Source: an uncultured Alistipes sp.
GTDB taxonomy: Bacteria > Bacteroidota > Bacteroidia > Bacteroidales > Rikenellaceae
DNA: 64,000 nucleotides
Direction: 5' to 3'
Assembly: GCA_944320625.1 (NCBI GenBank)
Contig: CALUIG010000002.1
Span: 3,803 to 67,802, forward strand
A program made the translations under genes and the position numbers. Shown one piece after another: positions 10,058-21,358 of this stretch. Within the stretch, counting starts at the first letter, position 1; each line of letters opens with the position of its first letter. Under the pieces are notes generated by a model. It saw nothing but the letters and a program-made list of their open reading frames with translations. It had not been told where the DNA came from and ran no database searches.

Positions 10058-10095
10058 ATGAAAAGGCCCGGAACCGACGTTCCGGGCCTTTTCAT
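10058..10095. terminator. Bidirectional intrinsic terminator between convergent operons
   Basis: ATGAAAAGGCCCGGAAC-cgac-GTTCCGGGCCTTTTCAT, a perfect 17-bp inverted repeat with A/T tracts on both sides. Confidence 0.85.
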
Positions 10096-10136
10096 CAGGA
10101 TAGCCGCCGCCCCTCATCAGGCCGACCACATCCATT

Positions 10137-10985
10137 TTACTTGCGGCTTTTCAAAAAGCACTCGATCGTATTCTCCATCAGGCAGCAGATCGTCATCGGA
10201 CCGACACCGCCCGGCACCGGCGTGATGACCGAGGCCTTGGGCTCGATGGCCGCAAAATCAACGTCACCGCACAGTTTGCCCGTCTCCGGGTCGCGGTTCA
10301 CACCCACGTCGATCACCACGGCACCCTCGGAGACCATATCGGCCGTCACGAATTTCGGGCGTCCGATGGCCACGACCAGAATCTCCGCGCCACGGGTCAC
10401 CTCCGCCAAGTTGCGCGTACGGCTGTGGGCCATCGTCACCGTGGCATTCGCATCCAGCAGCAGCTTCGAGACCGGAAGTCCCACGATATTGCTGCGTCCG
10501 ATCACCACGGCACGTTTCCCGGCGATCTCCACCCCGGCGGCCGTCAGCATCTTGAGGATCCCCTTCGGCGTGCAGGGCAGCGTGCAGGGCTGTTTCTGCC
10601 ACAAAGCCGCCACATTCAGCGGATGGAATCCATCCACATCCTTCGCCTTGTCGATCGCCTCGATCACCTTGCTCTCGTCGATGTGCTTCGGCAGAGGCAG
10701 CTGCACCAGAATCCCGTCCACCTCCGGATCGGCATTCAGTTCGGCGATCAGTCCCAGCAACTCCTCCTCCGAGATCGACTCCGGACGGCGGATCGTCGTA
10801 TTGCGGATTCCGACCTCGGCCGAGGCCTTCGCCTTGCCCGTCACATAACTCACACTGGCCGGGTTCTCACCCACGAGGATCACGACCAGATGGGGCACAC
10901 GCCCGTACTTCGCAGGAAAGCCCTTCACCTGCTCCGCCATTTCGGCCTTCAACCGGGCCGACAATTCCTTTCCGCTGATTATCAT
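10137..10985 (-). CDS. folD: Methylenetetrahydrofolate dehydrogenase/cyclohydrolase
   Basis: DGILVQLPLP, KDVDGFHP, PCTPKGI, GRSNIVG, TPVPGGVGPMT. Confidence 0.97.
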   Translation of the reverse strand: MIISGKELSARLKAEMAEQVKGFPAKYGRVPHLVVILVGENPASVSYVTGKAKASAEVGIRNTTIRRPESISEEELLGLIAELNADPEVDGILVQLPLPKHIDESKVIEAIDKAKDVDGFHPLNVAALWQKQPCTLPCTPKGILKMLTAAGVEIAGKRAVVIGRSNIVGLPVSKLLLDANATVTMAHSRTRNLAEVTRGAEILVVAIGRPKFVTADMVSEGAVVIDVGVNRDPETGKLCGDVDFAAIEPKASVITPVPGGVGPMTICCLMENTIECFLKSRK

Positions 10986-10996
10986 TCTCCTATTCG

Positions 10997-12250
10997 TTAT
11001 TTATCAAAAGCCCAATGTCCAATGTCCGTACGGTGGAAGAGGTTGTCGCAACCGATGCGCTCCACATCGCGCAACGCCGCAGCACGCGCCTCGGCCAGAT
11101 CACGACCCCGCCCCACGACGAACAGCACACGGCCTCCGGCCGTCAGAATACGGTCGCCGTCGGCCTTTGTACCCATGTGGTAGACCGTTCCCGCGACGTT
11201 TTCGAGTCCTGTGATCTCGTGCCCCTTTTCGTAGCTGCCCGGGTATCCCTTCGATGCCAGGACGATGCCCAGAGCGGCAAAATCGTGCCACTCCAACCGC
11301 GTGTCACGTCCCTCGGCCACGGCGCAGAAAATATCGACGATGTCACTCTTCAACCGCGGCAGTACCACCTCCGTCTCGGGATCGCCGAAGCGGGCGTTGA
11401 ACTCGATGACCTTGATACCCTGCGCCGTCTTCATCAGACCGCCGTACAGCACCCCTTCGAAGGGGCACCCTTCGGCAACCATCGCGTCGGCCACCGGCTG
11501 CAGGATGTGTTCCAAGGCGTAGCGCTCATCCTCGGCCGTAATGAACGGCAGCGGGGAGTAGGCCCCCATGCCACCCGTATTGGGACCCTTGTCGCCATCG
11601 TAGGCACGCTTGTGGTCCTGGGCCAGTACCATCGGCCAGACACGGTGCCCCGAGACGAAGCACATGAACGAGAACTCCGGGCCTTCGAGGTAATCCTCGA
11701 CGACGACCTTGCCTTCTCCGAACTTGTCGTCGAGCAGCATGTCCTTCAGGGCCGCATCGGCCTCCTCCATCGTCTGAGCGATCACCACGCCCTTCCCGGC
11801 CGCCAGTCCATCGTACTTCAGCACCGCCGGGAAAGGACGCCCGGCCACGTAGTCCCGGGCCGCGGCATACTCCGTGAAGGCGCGGAATCCGGCCGTCGGA
11901 ATGCCGTATCGGGCCATCAGCTCCTTGGCGAACTCCTTCGACGACTCGATGCGTGCCGCCGCCTTCGTGGGGCCGAAAATCCGCAGTCCCGCGGCCTTGA
12001 AACAATCGGCCACGCCGGCCGCGAGGGCCACTTCGGGCCCCACGACCGTCAGACTGATGCCCTGCTCTGCGGCAAAATCGCGCAGGCGCTCCACCTCGGT
12101 CTCCCGGATGGGCACACACTCGGCCTGTCGCGCGATTCCCGCATTGCCGGGGGCACAGTAAATCTTCTCCACCTGCGGCGAACGCGCAAGTGCATCGACA
12201 ATGGCGTGTTCGCGGCCTCCGCCGCCGATTACAAGCACTTTCATAGCCAT
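10997..12250 (-). CDS. purD: Phosphoribosylamine--glycine ligase
   Basis: VIGGGGREHA, APGNAG, QDHKRAYDGDKGPNTGGMG, EFNARFGDPE. Start could be 12244. Confidence 0.97.
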   Translation of the reverse strand: MAMKVLVIGGGGREHAIVDALARSPQVEKIYCAPGNAGIARQAECVPIRETEVERLRDFAAEQGISLTVVGPEVALAAGVADCFKAAGLRIFGPTKAAARIESSKEFAKELMARYGIPTAGFRAFTEYAAARDYVAGRPFPAVLKYDGLAAGKGVVIAQTMEEADAALKDMLLDDKFGEGKVVVEDYLEGPEFSFMCFVSGHRVWPMVLAQDHKRAYDGDKGPNTGGMGAYSPLPFITAEDERYALEHILQPVADAMVAEGCPFEGVLYGGLMKTAQGIKVIEFNARFGDPETEVVLPRLKSDIVDIFCAVAEGRDTRLEWHDFAALGIVLASKGYPGSYEKGHEITGLENVAGTVYHMGTKADGDRILTAGGRVLFVVGRGRDLAEARAAALRDVERIGCDNLFHRTDIGHWAFDK

Positions 12251-12265
12251 TCGCGTTTTCGTGGA

Positions 12266-13795
12266 TCAGTGTTTGAAATGGCGCTCGCCGGTGAAACACA
12301 TGGCAATGCCCTTCTCGTCGGCCTTACGGATCGAATCCTCGTCACGCACCGAACCGCCCGGCTGCACGATGGCCGTCACACCGTACTCGGCAGCCAGCGC
12401 CACACAGTCGTCGAAGGGGAAGAAACCGTCCGAAGCCAGGACGATACCCTCCGTCACACCGGCAGCCCGGGCCTGATTCAGGGCCAGTTCGGCCGAACCG
12501 ATGCGGTTCATCTGCCCGGCGCCGACTCCTAACGTGCGACCGTCCTTCACGGCCACGATGGCATTCGACTTCACGTGCTTGACGATTCTCCAGCCGAAGT
12601 TCAGGTCGTCCATCTGCTCCGCAGCGGGCTGCGCCTTCGTAACGCACATTTCGGGCGTCACCTCTTTCGTCGCCACGTCGAGGTCCTGCACCAGCAGACC
12701 GCCGTTGACGCTCACATACTGTTTCGGATCCACGGAGCCCTTCGTCATGTCGACCTCCAGCAACCGCAGATTCTTCTTCGTGCAAAGCACCTCCAGAGCC
12801 CCTTCGTCGAACTTCGGGGCCATGATGATCTCCAGGAAGATGGGCTTCATCAACTCGGCCGCCTCACGCGTCACGGTGCAGTTCGTGGCGACAATCCCGC
12901 CGAAGATCGAGACCTTGTCAGCCTCGTAGGCCTTGGTCCACGCCTCGACGACATCCTTGCCCTCGGCCGCCCCGCAGGGATTCATGTGCTTCAGTCCGAC
13001 GCAGAACGGACGGTCGAACTCCCGCACGATGCACAATGCGGCATTGGCATCCTGGATGTTGTTGTACGAGAGTTCCTTGCCGTTCAACTGGCGGGCGAAG
13101 GCCAGCGAATAGGGCACCTTGTGCTCCTCGCGGTAGAACTTCGCCGACTGGTGCGGGTTCTCGCCGTAGCGCAGCGGCTGCACGAGGTCGAACTCCAGGA
13201 AGAGTTTCTCGTTCAGGCCGGCCTGGGCACGCATGTAGGTGGCGATCATCGCGTCGTACTCTGCCGTATGGGTATAGGCCTTGGCCGAGAGTTTCAACCG
13301 CGTCGTCTTTTCCGTATTGCCGCCCTTGCCGATCTCGTCGAGGATCTGCGCATAGTCCGCCGGGTCGCATACCACCGTTACGTCGGCCCAGTTCTTCGCC
13401 GCCGAACGCAGCATCGAGGGGCCGCCGATGTCGATATTCTCGATGGCATCCTCCATCTTCACGTCGGGTTTCGCAATCGTCTGACGGAACGGATAGAGGT
13501 TCACGCACACCAGGTCGATGAACTCGATACCGTTCTCCTTGAGCGCCTTCAGATGCTCGGGATCGTCACGGCGTGCCAGCAGTCCGCCGTGGACCTTCGG
13601 GTGAAGGGTCTTGACCCGCCCGTCGCAGATCTCCGGAAAGCCCGTCACGTCGCTGATGTTCAACACCTCGACGCCGCTTTCACGCAGCAGTTTCATCGTG
13701 CCGCCCGTGGCGATCACCTCCCAACCGAGAGCCCGGAGCCCCTTGGCGAACTCCACGACACCCGTCTTGTCACTTACGCTGATCAATGCTCGCAT
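12266..13795 (-). CDS. purH: Bifunctional AICAR transformylase/IMP cyclohydrolase
   Basis: RALISVSDKTG, GRVKTLHP, ENIDIGGP, LRYGENPHQ, ASDGFFPF, RHFKH. Confidence 0.97.
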   Translation of the reverse strand: MRALISVSDKTGVVEFAKGLRALGWEVIATGGTMKLLRESGVEVLNISDVTGFPEICDGRVKTLHPKVHGGLLARRDDPEHLKALKENGIEFIDLVCVNLYPFRQTIAKPDVKMEDAIENIDIGGPSMLRSAAKNWADVTVVCDPADYAQILDEIGKGGNTEKTTRLKLSAKAYTHTAEYDAMIATYMRAQAGLNEKLFLEFDLVQPLRYGENPHQSAKFYREEHKVPYSLAFARQLNGKELSYNNIQDANAALCIVREFDRPFCVGLKHMNPCGAAEGKDVVEAWTKAYEADKVSIFGGIVATNCTVTREAAELMKPIFLEIIMAPKFDEGALEVLCTKKNLRLLEVDMTKGSVDPKQYVSVNGGLLVQDLDVATKEVTPEMCVTKAQPAAEQMDDLNFGWRIVKHVKSNAIVAVKDGRTLGVGAGQMNRIGSAELALNQARAAGVTEGIVLASDGFFPFDDCVALAAEYGVTAIVQPGGSVRDEDSIRKADEKGIAMCFTGERHFKH

Positions 13796-13808
13796 ATTCG
13801 TCTCTTCT

Positions 13809-14384
13809 TTATTTTGTTTGTTTTTCGTTCAACAATTTTCCGATCGTCTCGACATAAAGCGGGTACTCCACCGCATGAATCATCGGTTCCAGCTCCGCGA
13901 TGTCGTGTCCCTCGTAAGGGAATGCCCGCTGGGCAATGATCCGCCCGCCGTCGAGTTCGGCATCGACGTAATGGATCGTCACACCGAAGACCTTCACACC
14001 ATACTCCAGGGCCTGTTCGATGGCATGCGCCCCGCGGAAGGCCGGCAGCAGCGACGGGTGGATGTTGATGATCCGCCCCGCATAGGCCGCAAGCAGTTCC
14101 TCGCCGATGATCCGCATGTAGCCGGCCAGACAGACCAGTTCGACCCCGGCGGCACCCAGCCGTGCGATGATCTCGCGTTCGTAGTCGGCCTTCGAGGCGT
14201 ACTCCTTCGGTGCGAAGGCGAAAGTCTCGACCCCATGCCGGGCCGCACGTTCGATCACCCGGGCCCCGGGCCTGTCGCAGACCATCAACACAACCTCCGC
14301 GGGCAGATCGCCCCGCTCGCAGGCCGTCACGATGGCCTCGAAATTCGTGCCGCTGCCGCTGGCAAAGACTGCAAGGCGGTGCAT
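13809..14384 (-). CDS. purN: Phosphoribosylglycinamide formyltransferase
   Basis: Start MHRLAVFASGSGTN; LAGYMRI, INIHPSLLPAF, HYVDAELDGG. Confidence 0.96.
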   Translation of the reverse strand: MHRLAVFASGSGTNFEAIVTACERGDLPAEVVLMVCDRPGARVIERAARHGVETFAFAPKEYASKADYEREIIARLGAAGVELVCLAGYMRIIGEELLAAYAGRIINIHPSLLPAFRGAHAIEQALEYGVKVFGVTIHYVDAELDGGRIIAQRAFPYEGHDIAELEPMIHAVEYPLYVETIGKLLNEKQTK

Positions 14385-14388
14385 GGCC

Positions 14389-15414
14389 CTATCGGATAAC
14401 GACACTCCCGGTGTCCGTGACACGTCCGATGACCGAAGCCCGTTCGCCCTGGGCCGTCAGGATCTCGATGGCCTTCGGAGCCTCCGCGGCGTCCAGCGCG
14501 ATGACCATGCCGATTCCCATGTTGAAGATGTTGAACATCTCGCGGTGCGCCACCTTGCCGTACTTCTCCAGGAAACGGAACACCGGCAGGATCTCCCACG
14601 AGCCCTCCTCGATCTCCAGCCCCTGCCCTTCATGCAGGATGCGCGGGATATTCTCGTCAAAACCGCCGCCCGTGATGTGGCTGATGCCGTGGACGTCGCA
14701 CTGCCGAATCACCTCGAGGACCTGCTTCACGTAGATCTTCGTCGGCGTGAGCAGCACCTCACCCAGCAATTTGTTCGACAGTTCGGGATAGCTGCGGTGC
14801 AGATCGAAACAGTTGTCCGCAAGGATCTTGCGTACCAGGCTGAAGCCGTTCGAGTGGACGCCGCTCGACGCGATGCCCACCAGTACGTCACCCGTACGGA
14901 CCTTCGAGCCGTCGATCAGCTTCGACTTCTCGACCACACCGACCGTGAATCCGGCAATGTCATACTCCCCGTCGGCATACATGCCCGGCATCTCGGCCGT
15001 CTCGCCGCCCACCAGGGCGCAGCCTGCCTGCCGGCACCCCTCGGCGACACCTGCCACGATGGCCTCGATCTTCTGGGGTTCGTTGTGCCCCACGGCCACG
15101 TAGTCCAGGAACAGCAGCGGTTCGGCACCTTGGGCCAGGACATCGTTCACGCACATCGCCACGGCATCGATACCGATCGTGTCATGCTTGTCCATCTGGA
15201 AGGCCAGCTTGAGCTTCGTGCCCACGCCGTCCGTGCCGCTCACCAGCACCGGCTCCCGGACCTTCAGCGCCGCGAGGTCGAACATCCCGCCGAAAGCGCC
15301 GATATTGCCCATCACGCCCGTGCGGGCCGTCGAAGCCACGTGTTTCTTGATGCGTCGCACCACTTCGTAACCGGCTTCGAGGTTCACACCGGCCTTTTCA
15401 TAACTTTGAGCCAT
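14389..15414 (-). CDS. purM: Phosphoribosylformylglycinamidine cyclo-ligase (AIR synthetase)
   Basis: [45 protein letters not shown]. Confidence 0.97.
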   Translation of the reverse strand: MAQSYEKAGVNLEAGYEVVRRIKKHVASTARTGVMGNIGAFGGMFDLAALKVREPVLVSGTDGVGTKLKLAFQMDKHDTIGIDAVAMCVNDVLAQGAEPLLFLDYVAVGHNEPQKIEAIVAGVAEGCRQAGCALVGGETAEMPGMYADGEYDIAGFTVGVVEKSKLIDGSKVRTGDVLVGIASSGVHSNGFSLVRKILADNCFDLHRSYPELSNKLLGEVLLTPTKIYVKQVLEVIRQCDVHGISHITGGGFDENIPRILHEGQGLEIEEGSWEILPVFRFLEKYGKVAHREMFNIFNMGIGMVIALDAAEAPKAIEILTAQGERASVIGRVTDTGSVVIR

Positions 15415-15444
15415 AACTATTCAGGGTTTTTAAGATTCCTAACA

Positions 15445-16863
15445 CTATTTGTTGTCCTTGTTGGCCTCCTCCATCGACTGATACAGCGCCGTGGGATACG
15501 AACCCGTGAAGCAGGCCATGCACAACTCGCAGCGGTTGCCGGCCTTCAGCAGCGATTCCGCGGAGAGGAAGGCCAGCGAATCGGCTCCGATCTCCTGACG
15601 GACCCCCTCCACGTTCTTGCGCGCCGAGATCAGTTCGTCATAGGTCGACGTGTCGACACCGTAGAAGCAGGGTCCGATCATCGGAGGGCTGGCAATGCGC
15701 ACGTGCACTTCGGTGGCTCCGGCCTCCTTGAGCATCGTAACGATGCGCCGCGAGGTCGTGCCCCGCACGATCGAGTCGTCGACCAACACCACGCGCTTGC
15801 CCCGCACGATCGAACGCACGGCCGAAAGTTTCATCCGCACGCCCTTTTCACGCAACTCCTGCGTCGGCTGGATGAAGGTCCGCCCGATGTACTTGTTCTT
15901 GATCAGACCCATCTCATAGGGCAGGCCGCTCTCTTCGGCATAACCCATCGCGGCACTGAGGCTCGAATCCGGGACGCCGACCACGATGTCGGCCTCGGCC
16001 GGAGACTCCTGACACAACAGACGTCCCGACTCCTTGCGGTAGGCGTGGACGTTGCACCCCTCGATGTCGCTGTCCGGACGCGCAAAGTAGATGTACTCCA
16101 TCGAACACATCTCGTGACGCTTGTACATCGAGTAGTCGCGGCTGCGGAGACCCTGGTGATCGATGGTGACGATCTCGCCCGGCTCGACGTCGCGCACGAA
16201 CTCCGCACCCAGCACGTCGAAGGCGCACGTCTCGCTCGAAACGACCCAACCCTCGCCCAAACGACCGATCGACAGCGGACGCAGGCCATACTTGTCACGG
16301 CAGGCGTAGATCCGGTTGGCCGTCATGATCAGGAAGGCAAAAGCGCCCTCCAGCATGTTCAGCGCATCGATGATCGAGAAGATGCGCGGCCGGTCATGGA
16401 ACCGGGACTCCTTCTTGATCAGATGGGCCAGGATCTCGCTGTCGGAGGTCGACTGGAAGAGACTGCCCCGGTTTTCGAGATACTCGCGCAGCAACGCCGA
16501 ATTGACGATATTGCCGTTGTGGGCCATGGCGAAATCGCCCGTGTTGTGGCGGAACAGGAACGGCTGGATATTCTCCACACCGCCTCCCCCGGCCGTCGTA
16601 TAACGTACGTGGCCTATGGCCATCGAACCCTTCAACGTGGCGAGTTTCCCCTCGTCGAAGACCTCGGTCACCAGACCGCCGCCCTTGATACGGCGGAACG
16701 TACCCTTTTCATCCACCGAGACAATCCCGGCACCCTCCTGCCCGCGGTGTTGCAGCGCATGGAGACCGTAATAGGTGAGCGAAGCGGCATCCGGCACCCC
16801 GTAGATGCCGAAAACCCCGCACTCCTCATGCAACTCGCGGTCGCGGATCACTTCTTCCATCAT
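15445..16863 (-). CDS. purF: Amidophosphoribosyltransferase
   Basis: Propeptide plus EECGVFG, LQHRGQEGAG, GHVRY, VDDSIVRGTTS; Fe-S cysteines (PCFYG, CMAC). Confidence 0.97.
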   Translation of the reverse strand: MMEEVIRDRELHEECGVFGIYGVPDAASLTYYGLHALQHRGQEGAGIVSVDEKGTFRRIKGGGLVTEVFDEGKLATLKGSMAIGHVRYTTAGGGGVENIQPFLFRHNTGDFAMAHNGNIVNSALLREYLENRGSLFQSTSDSEILAHLIKKESRFHDRPRIFSIIDALNMLEGAFAFLIMTANRIYACRDKYGLRPLSIGRLGEGWVVSSETCAFDVLGAEFVRDVEPGEIVTIDHQGLRSRDYSMYKRHEMCSMEYIYFARPDSDIEGCNVHAYRKESGRLLCQESPAEADIVVGVPDSSLSAAMGYAEESGLPYEMGLIKNKYIGRTFIQPTQELREKGVRMKLSAVRSIVRGKRVVLVDDSIVRGTTSRRIVTMLKEAGATEVHVRIASPPMIGPCFYGVDTSTYDELISARKNVEGVRQEIGADSLAFLSAESLLKAGNRCELCMACFTGSYPTALYQSMEEANKDNK

Positions 16864-16864
16864 G

Positions 16865-17581
16865 TTATTCGGTAATTTTTCTCAAACGCTCCAGAATCTC
16901 CTCGTAAGCCTCGCGCACCCGGCCCAGGTCACGGCGGAAACGGTCCTTGTCGAGCCGCTCACCCGTGGTCATGTCCCACAGACGGCACGTGTCGGGCGAC
17001 ACCTCGTCGGCCAGCACGATCTCACCCTCCGGCGTCCGGCCGAACTCGATCTTGAAGTCCACCAGCGTGATGTTCATCCGCGCGAACAGCGACTTGAGGA
17101 TCTCGTTGATCCGCGTGGTCATGGCATAGATCCGGTCCAACTCCCCGTAGGTCACGAGCCCCAGCGCTACGGCATGGTGGTCGTTGATGAGCGGATCGCC
17201 CAGTTCATCCCGCTTGTAGCAGATGTCGATGATCGTGTTCGAGGGCTGCGTACCCTCCTCGATGCCCAGGCGCTGAGCCATCGAACCCGCAACGATGTTG
17301 CGGACGATGACCTCCAGCGGAATGATCGTCACCCGGCGGCATACCTGGTCGCGGTCATTGATCGTATCGATGTAGTGGGTCTTCACCCCGGCCTTCTCCA
17401 ACTCCCGGAAGAGGATCGTCGAGATGGCATTGTTCACCACCCCCTTGTTTTCGATCGTGGCCTTCTTGATGTTGTTGAACGCCGTGGCCGTATCCTTGTA
17501 GTGGATGATGATCTTCTCGGGATCATCCGTCCGGAAAACCTGCTTCGCCTTACCCTCGTAGAGCATTTCGAGCTGTTTCAT
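16865..17581 (-). CDS. purC: SAICAR synthetase
   Basis: [45 protein letters not shown]. Confidence 0.97.
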   Translation of the reverse strand: MKQLEMLYEGKAKQVFRTDDPEKIIIHYKDTATAFNNIKKATIENKGVVNNAISTILFRELEKAGVKTHYIDTINDRDQVCRRVTIIPLEVIVRNIVAGSMAQRLGIEEGTQPSNTIIDICYKRDELGDPLINDHHAVALGLVTYGELDRIYAMTTRINEILKSLFARMNITLVDFKIEFGRTPEGEIVLADEVSPDTCRLWDMTTGERLDKDRFRRDLGRVREAYEEILERLRKITE

Positions 17582-17614
17582 CTCTATTTTTCGCGTTTGA
17601 ATGATTCGGTTGTT

Positions 17615-20600
17615 CTATTTTTTCCGGAAATAGGCGACGGCATTCTCGAAGAGCGGCTGCCGCCTGTTGCCTGCAATGTTCTTGAATAGGTTCTCCTCCC
17701 AGCGCTCCGTGTGGCCCATCTTGCCGAGGATCTGACCGTTTTTCGAAACGATACCCTCGATGGCATAGGACGAACCGTTGGGGTTGAACGGTGCTTCGGC
17801 CGTGGGCCGGCCCTCGGCGTCGGCGTACTGGAAGGCCACCTGTCCCGCCTCGAACAGTTCGCGGGCCAGCTTTTCGCTCACCACGAACTTGCCTTCGCCG
17901 TGGCTGACGGCGATCGAGTGCAGGTCGCCGACATGGAACGACGACAACCACGGCGAGTTGGTCGAAGCCACGCGGGTCGTAACGATCTGCGAGATGTGGC
18001 GGTTGATGTCGTTGCGGAACAGCGTCGGGGACTCCTTCGTGACCATCCCCAGGCGTCCGTAGGGCAGCAGTCCCGACTTGACCAGCGCCTGAAAACCGTT
18101 GCAGATACCCAGGATCAGCCCCCCGCGGTCCAGCAGGGCGTGGATCTCCGCCATAATATCCTTGTTATTCAAGACATTGACAATGAATTTGGCACTTCCG
18201 TCGGGTTCGTCGCCCGAGGAGAAGCCGCCGCTCAGCACGAAGATATGGGCCCGGCGGATGTGCTCCTTCATCTCGGCGATCGAACGCAGGATGTCGTCGC
18301 CCGCGATGTTGCACAGCACGCTCATCTCCACTTCGGCTCCGGCCCGGCGGAACGCCTTGGCCGTGTCGTAGTCGCAGTTCGTGCCGGGGAAGACCGGAAT
18401 GTAGACCAGCGGGTGTTCGACCGCCTCGCCCGGATAGGTGAAGTGCTTTTCGGCTGGCTGCGAAGTCATTACCTCAGCCGAGTTCAAGCCCTTGTCCGGA
18501 TAGACGGCCGCAAAGCGCTCGGTATTGGCCCGGTACAATTCGTCGAGCGGCATCCGCACACCGCCGACCGTCACCGATTCGTCGGCTACCGTGAAGCCCA
18601 CAAGTTCCGCATCCGGATACTCCAGCGTCCCTTCGCACTCCACGAGGATCGAACCGTAGGCATAGTCGTAGAGTTTCGACTCCTCCATCGTGACCTCCAC
18701 GCCGATACCGTTTCCGAAGGCCATCTTCGCCACGCCTTCGGCCACGCCGCCGAAGCCCACGGACCACGCTGCGAGAATCTTCCCTTCGGCAATCCGGTCG
18801 CTCACGAACGTGAAGTTCCGCTTCAACTGCGCCGTATCGGGCATCCAGTTCTCACGCGGCGTGTGGCGCACGAGGTACAACCGGTGTCCGGCCCCCTTCA
18901 GGTCGGTCGAGATCACCCGCCGCGCATCGACCGTCGTAATGCCGAAGGCCATCAGCATCAGCGGCACGTTGATATGCTGGAACGTCCCCGACATCGAGTC
19001 CTTGCCGCCAATCGACGGAAGGCCCAGTTCGACCTGCATCTTCAAGGCTCCCAGTAGCGCACCCAGCGGTTTGCCCCACGATTCGGCATCCTTGGTCATG
19101 CGTTCGAAATACTCCTGGTAGGAGTAGCGCATCCGGTCGTAGCGCGCACCCGCAGCCACGACCTTCGCCGCAGCCTCCACCACGGCATAGGCCGCCCCGT
19201 GGTAGGGGCTCCACGATGCCACATAGGGGTTGTAGCCGAAGGCCATCACACTGGCCGTATCGGTATAGCCGTCCGTCGGGAGCTTCTGCACCGAAACCTG
19301 CGTCTCGCTGCGCTGCGTACGTCCGCCGAAGGGCATCAGCACCGTCGAGCGGCCGATCGTCGAGTCGAACATCTCGATCAGCCCCCGCTGCGAGACGACA
19401 TTATTGTCCTTTAGGTTGTTGGCAAAGCGTTCCACCGTCGTGGCGCCCTCGATCGTCCGTGCGAAGGGGTTGCGATTCTCCACTTCGCCGATCTTTGCCT
19501 CGGCGTAGTGCTTCGCACCCGCGCTGTCGATGAATTCGCGGCTCAGATCCACGACCTTCCGGGCACCGTTGAACATCCGCATCCGCCCCGTGTCCGTCAC
19601 GTCGGCCACGTGCACCGCCTCGATGTTCTCCTCGCGGCAGTAACCCATGAACTCCTCCATGTCCTTCGCCTCCACAACCACCGACATGCGCTCCTGCGAC
19701 TCGCTGATGGCCAGTTCCGTGGAGTTCAGACCGCTGTATTTCGTCTTCACCCGGTCGAGGTAGATGTCCAGGCCGTCGGCCAGCTCGCCGATCGCCACGC
19801 TGACACCGCCCGCACCGAAGTCGTTCGATTTCTTGATCAACCGGGTCACCTCCGGACGCCGGAACAGCCGTTCCAGTTTCCGCTCCTCGGGAGCGTTTCC
19901 CTTCTGCACCTCGCTGCCGCACGTCTCCAGCGACTTGGCGTCGTGCTCCTTCGACGAACCCGTCGCTCCGCCGATGCCGTCACGACCCGTCCGGCCGCCG
20001 AACATGATAATCCGGTCTCCCGGAGCCGGGCGCTCGCGCCGCACGTTCTCCGCCTTCACGGCTCCGACGACGGCGCCCACCTCCAGACGCTTGGCCACAT
20101 AGTCCTCGTGGTAGATTTCACGCACGTGCGTCGTAGCCAGGCCGATCTGGTTGCCGTAGCTCGAATAGCCCGCGGCGGCCTTCTTCGAGATGACGCTCTG
20201 CGGGAGTTTCCCGGCGAGGGTCTCCGAAACCGGCAGGTAGATGTTCCCGGCCCCTGTCACACGCATCGCCTGATAGACGTAACTGCGGCCCGACAGCGGG
20301 TCGCGGATCGCGCCGCCCAGGCAGGTCGAGGCCCCGCCGAAGGGTTCGATCTCCGTCGGATGGTTGTGCGTCTCGTTCTTGAACTGCAGGAGCCACGTCT
20401 CCGGCTTCCCGTCGACGTCGACCTCCACGTAGATCGAGCAGGCGTTGTTCTCCTCCGAGACCTCCAGGTCGTCCAACAACCCCTTCTGTTTCAGGTAGCG
20501 CGCCCCGATCGTCGCCATGTCCATCAGGCAGATGCTCTTGTGCTCGCGGCCCAGTTCGCGGCGGATCCGCAGGTAGAGCGCCAGCGAATCCTCGATCTCG

Positions 20601-21328
20601 CTCTTCACGAACGACTCCTCGACGGTGATGCCTTCGAGTTCGGTCGTGAAGGTCGTATGGCGGCAGTGGTCGCTCCAGTAGGTATCCAGGATGCGCAACT
20701 CCGTCTCGTAGGGATCGCGCCCCTCGGCCCGGAAGTATTTCACCACCTCATAGAGGTCGTCGGCATTCATCGCCAGGCCCATCCGCTTACAGTAAGGCTC
20801 CAGCTCGTCATCCGTCATCTCCCGAAAACCCTCCAGCACCTGAACGGGCTTTACCTCGGCCTGCTCCATGTCCGTCAGCACCGAGAGATCCTTTTCGCGC
20901 GACTCCACGGCATTGATATAGTAGTGGCGGATCCGGGCCAGCTCCTCCTCGGTCACGCTGTCATCAAAGAGCAGCAACTTCGCCGAGCGGATGTTCACCT
21001 GCGCCTCGGGGTCAATCAGCCGCACGCAGTCCACCGCCGAAGCGGCCCGCTGGTCGAACTGTCCGGGCAGGCACTCCACGGCGATATACTTGCGGCCCGC
21101 CAAGTCGCACGTGTCGCTCACCTCATCGGTCACCACCTCGCCGAAGACCGTGTAACGGCTCTTCTCCAGCAACTCCGCCGTAAAGCCGAACAGGTCATAG
21201 ACGTTCAGCAGGCGCAATTCGCGCAGCGAGAGGTTCAGGTTCGTGTTCAGTTCGCGCCGAAGGCTCTCCGCCTCCACCCGGAAGCGCGGCAGTTTCTCGA
21301 CGAAAATACGATAGTCGGTCGTGTTCAT
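17615..21328 (-). CDS. purL: Phosphoribosylformylglycinamidine synthase (large, fused form)
   Basis: YWSDHCRHTTF, KNETHNHPTEIEPFGGA, DFGAGG; C-terminal glutaminase FPGTNC, GICNGFQ, MGHTER. Confidence 0.97.
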   Translation of the reverse strand: MNTTDYRIFVEKLPRFRVEAESLRRELNTNLNLSLRELRLLNVYDLFGFTAELLEKSRYTVFGEVVTDEVSDTCDLAGRKYIAVECLPGQFDQRAASAVDCVRLIDPEAQVNIRSAKLLLFDDSVTEEELARIRHYYINAVESREKDLSVLTDMEQAEVKPVQVLEGFREMTDDELEPYCKRMGLAMNADDLYEVVKYFRAEGRDPYETELRILDTYWSDHCRHTTFTTELEGITVEESFVKSEIEDSLALYLRIRRELGREHKSICLMDMATIGARYLKQKGLLDDLEVSEENNACSIYVEVDVDGKPETWLLQFKNETHNHPTEIEPFGGASTCLGGAIRDPLSGRSYVYQAMRVTGAGNIYLPVSETLAGKLPQSVISKKAAAGYSSYGNQIGLATTHVREIYHEDYVAKRLEVGAVVGAVKAENVRRERPAPGDRIIMFGGRTGRDGIGGATGSSKEHDAKSLETCGSEVQKGNAPEERKLERLFRRPEVTRLIKKSNDFGAGGVSVAIGELADGLDIYLDRVKTKYSGLNSTELAISESQERMSVVVEAKDMEEFMGYCREENIEAVHVADVTDTGRMRMFNGARKVVDLSREFIDSAGAKHYAEAKIGEVENRNPFARTIEGATTVERFANNLKDNNVVSQRGLIEMFDSTIGRSTVLMPFGGRTQRSETQVSVQKLPTDGYTDTASVMAFGYNPYVASWSPYHGAAYAVVEAAAKVVAAGARYDRMRYSYQEYFERMTKDAESWGKPLGALLGALKMQVELGLPSIGGKDSMSGTFQHINVPLMLMAFGITTVDARRVISTDLKGAGHRLYLVRHTPRENWMPDTAQLKRNFTFVSDRIAEGKILAAWSVGFGGVAEGVAKMAFGNGIGVEVTMEESKLYDYAYGSILVECEGTLEYPDAELVGFTVADESVTVGGVRMPLDELYRANTERFAAVYPDKGLNSAEVMTSQPAEKHFTYPGEAVEHPLVYIPVFPGTNCDYDTAKAFRRAGAEVEMSVLCNIAGDDILRSIAEMKEHIRRAHIFVLSGGFSSGDEPDGSAKFIVNVLNNKDIMAEIHALLDRGGLILGICNGFQALVKSGLLPYGRLGMVTKESPTLFRNDINRHISQIVTTRVASTNSPWLSSFHVGDLHSIAVSHGEGKFVVSEKLARELFEAGQVAFQYADAEGRPTAEAPFNPNGSSYAIEGIVSKNGQILGKMGHTERWEENLFKNIAGNRRQPLFENAVAYFRKK

Positions 21329-21358
21329 TTATTGTTTTTGTTTGCTTTTGCTCTGTTC